18,748 nucleotides of DNA, from IMG/VR virus record IMGVR_UViG_2565956607_000001, positions 1 through 18,748 of that record. One strand, given 5' to 3'. Shown piece after piece: positions 17,701 through 18,748 of this stretch. The notes under the pieces were generated by a model. That model did not search any database. It saw only the letters and a list, made by a program, of their open reading frames with translations, and was not told the origin of the DNA. How positions within the stretch are numbered: position 1 is the first letter of the stretch; the number at the start of each line of letters is the position of its first letter. Made by a program: the position numbers and the translations under genes. The DNA is from a virus (lineage: Duplodnaviria > Heunggongvirae > Uroviricota > Caudoviricetes).

Positions 17701-17946
17701 TTAGCTCGCCTGTTCTGCGATGGTATCAAACAGCGCCAGCGCCTCGGTCGACTCCTGAACTGCTTTGATGGTCCGCGCCACCACTTCGGATTCAGTTGTC
17801 ACGCGACTGTACTGCTGGATGAACAGCTGATATTTGAGCTGGCTATCCTGGACGAACTCAATCGCCTTAGCAGCGGCCGCGGTGTCGTAGTTCAGGGTGG
17901 AAAGCAGATTCAGTCGAATCTGTTCTGCCGGTGTGATCTCTGCCAT
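17701..17946 (-). CDS. Hypothetical small acidic protein (81 aa)
   Basis: GAGGT Shine-Dalgarno about 6 nt before the ATG; GC and codon usage resemble the structural genes. No recognisable motif. Confidence 0.5.
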   Translation of the reverse strand: MAEITPAEQIRLNLLSTLNYDTAAAAKAIEFVQDSQLKYQLFIQQYSRVTTESEVVARTIKAVQESTEALALFDTIAEQAS

Positions 17947-18123
17947 GTTTTACCTCTGTGCGATGTGGGGAGCCACTCTTATGCTCTTGATTTGCTGTCA
18001 ACCGTCATTGCAGTGCTTATCACAGCAGCCTGAGCGGTCGGTAATTATGCTTGCACATCCGCGCTTACGACATGTGGGGGAATTAACGGTGGCATCGGTT
18101 ACTGCTTAGCATTCGAGGTGCAA

Positions 18124-18148
18124 TAAAAAGCCCCGCATAAACGGGGCT
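18124..18148 (-). terminator. Rho-independent terminator (stem AGCCCCG / CGGGGCT, 6-nt loop, then UUUUUAUUG on the minus strand)
   Basis: Read directly, 24 bp downstream of the stop of the 18172..18396 gene. Confidence 0.6.
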
Positions 18149-18171
18149 GTAGATTCAGATAAATGGTTTGG

Positions 18172-18396
18172 CTACTGATAGCTATCTGCAAAATGCCCTT
18201 CGATCTGAGATCTGACATCAACAGCTTCGTCTAACTTTAAGGAATCATAGCCCTTAATATGGAAATGAGGTTCATATGCATAAATAGTAATAAACGCATA
18301 TGACCCTTCATCTCCTGAGAAAATCTCATATTTGACGCGTGAAAGACCGGCACCAACTAACATGTATGCATCCAGAAGCTTATGGGTGTTCATCAT
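18172..18396 (-). CDS. Hypothetical protein (74 aa) in an AT-rich accessory cassette
   Basis: ATGATG start with an AAGGAAAAGGAA purine-rich RBS region; AT-rich compared with the structural module; followed by the terminator above. Confidence 0.5.
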   Translation of the reverse strand: MMNTHKLLDAYMLVGAGLSRVKYEIFSGDEGSYAFITIYAYEPHFHIKGYDSLKLDEAVDVRSQIEGHFADSYQ

Positions 18397-18501
18397 CCAT
18401 TCCTTTTCCTTTAAAAATCCTTACCAGCATACATGCATTCGATGGATAACGGCAGCAATACATCCTTGAAGACTTCGAAAAGAAACCTCAGCGTCAGTGA
18501 G

Positions 18502-18693
18502 TTAATACCCACACAGCCATCCAATAATTCCAAAAAATAAAGCGGCAAGTAGCCAGCCAAGTGCAGTTTTCTTCATTAACACTCCGTAAAATGCTATAGA
18601 CATCCCTAGACAGAGCGTTATAAAAACTGGCCACATAGTCAATAACAAAAACAAATAACTGACTAACCCACTATTAATAGTTACATTCACCAC
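18502..18693 (-). CDS. Possible small hydrophobic membrane protein (63 aa; start assigned to a GTG with poor RBS, true start uncertain)
   Basis: Two or three hydrophobic segments (LVSYLFLLLTMWPVFITLCLGMSIAFYGVL; LGWLLAALFFGIIGWL); AT-rich; within 55 bp of the window edge, so context is incomplete. Confidence 0.35.
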   Translation of the reverse strand: MVNVTINSGLVSYLFLLLTMWPVFITLCLGMSIAFYGVLMKKTALGWLLAALFFGIIGWLCGY

Positions 18694-18748
18694 TAACTTA
18701 ACCCTGACGTTCTAAATAGACTGGCCCCCTGAATCTCCAGACAACCAA

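Larger units (their letters stand above)
1..18748 (-). mobile_element. Prophage late-gene module (packaging, head, tail) of an HK97-like/lambdoid siphovirus; both ends run off the window
   Basis: Uninterrupted minus-strand series HNH, TerS, TerL, portal, protease, capsid, connector proteins, major tail, chaperones, tape measure, distal tail proteins; short or overlapping intergenic spacing typical of phage late operons. Confidence 0.85.

Noticed and set aside
17947-18123. Possible promoter or small RNA in the gap upstream of the 81-aa gene
   Set aside because: A TTGACA hexamer is present on the minus strand but without a convincing, correctly spaced -10 element; no stable structured RNA was evident by eye.
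18502-18693. 63-aa membrane ORF as the phage holin
   Set aside because: No charged C-terminal tail, no adjacent endolysin or spanin genes in the window, a GTG start with poor RBS, and AT-rich cargo-like composition; holin identity cannot be supported from this window.
1-18748. Integrase, attachment sites, tRNA or rRNA genes
   Set aside because: Nothing in the window has these signatures; the intergenic spaces are too short and all sizeable ORFs are accounted for by morphogenesis functions.

Overview
The whole window reads as one co-linear late (packaging, head, tail) module of a temperate siphovirus prophage, HK97-like in its head genes, probably in an enterobacterial genome. Almost all real coding is on the minus strand and tightly packed. 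In transcription order (high to low coordinate): an AT-rich accessory cassette of two small ORFs ending in an intrinsic terminator; an 81-aa hypothetical; an HNH endonuclease; a repeat-rich intergenic region that is a candidate cos/terminase recognition site; small terminase (P27-type); large terminase; portal; ClpP-like prohead protease; major capsid protein; a small protein carrying a (PEQ)n tandem repeat; head-tail connector, head-closure, gp10-like and tail-completion proteins; major tail protein with a C-terminal Ig-like domain; a tail assembly chaperone pair with a -1 overlap (G/GT-like); an AT-rich single-gene moron with its own RBS and a bidirectional terminator; tape measure protein; three small distal tail proteins including an NlpC/P60-like one; a 1025-aa distal tail/host-specificity-type protein; and the first 27 codons of a further gene running off the left edge. 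No rRNA, tRNA, CRISPR array, integrase or att site is visible. The structural module itself is ordinary. The candidates for something new are the two AT-rich accessory insertions (8033..8266 and 18172..18748) and the repeat architecture between the HNH and terminase genes. Product names rest on gene order, size and motifs I can read in the translations; I ran no database search, and all GC statements are by-eye estimates.
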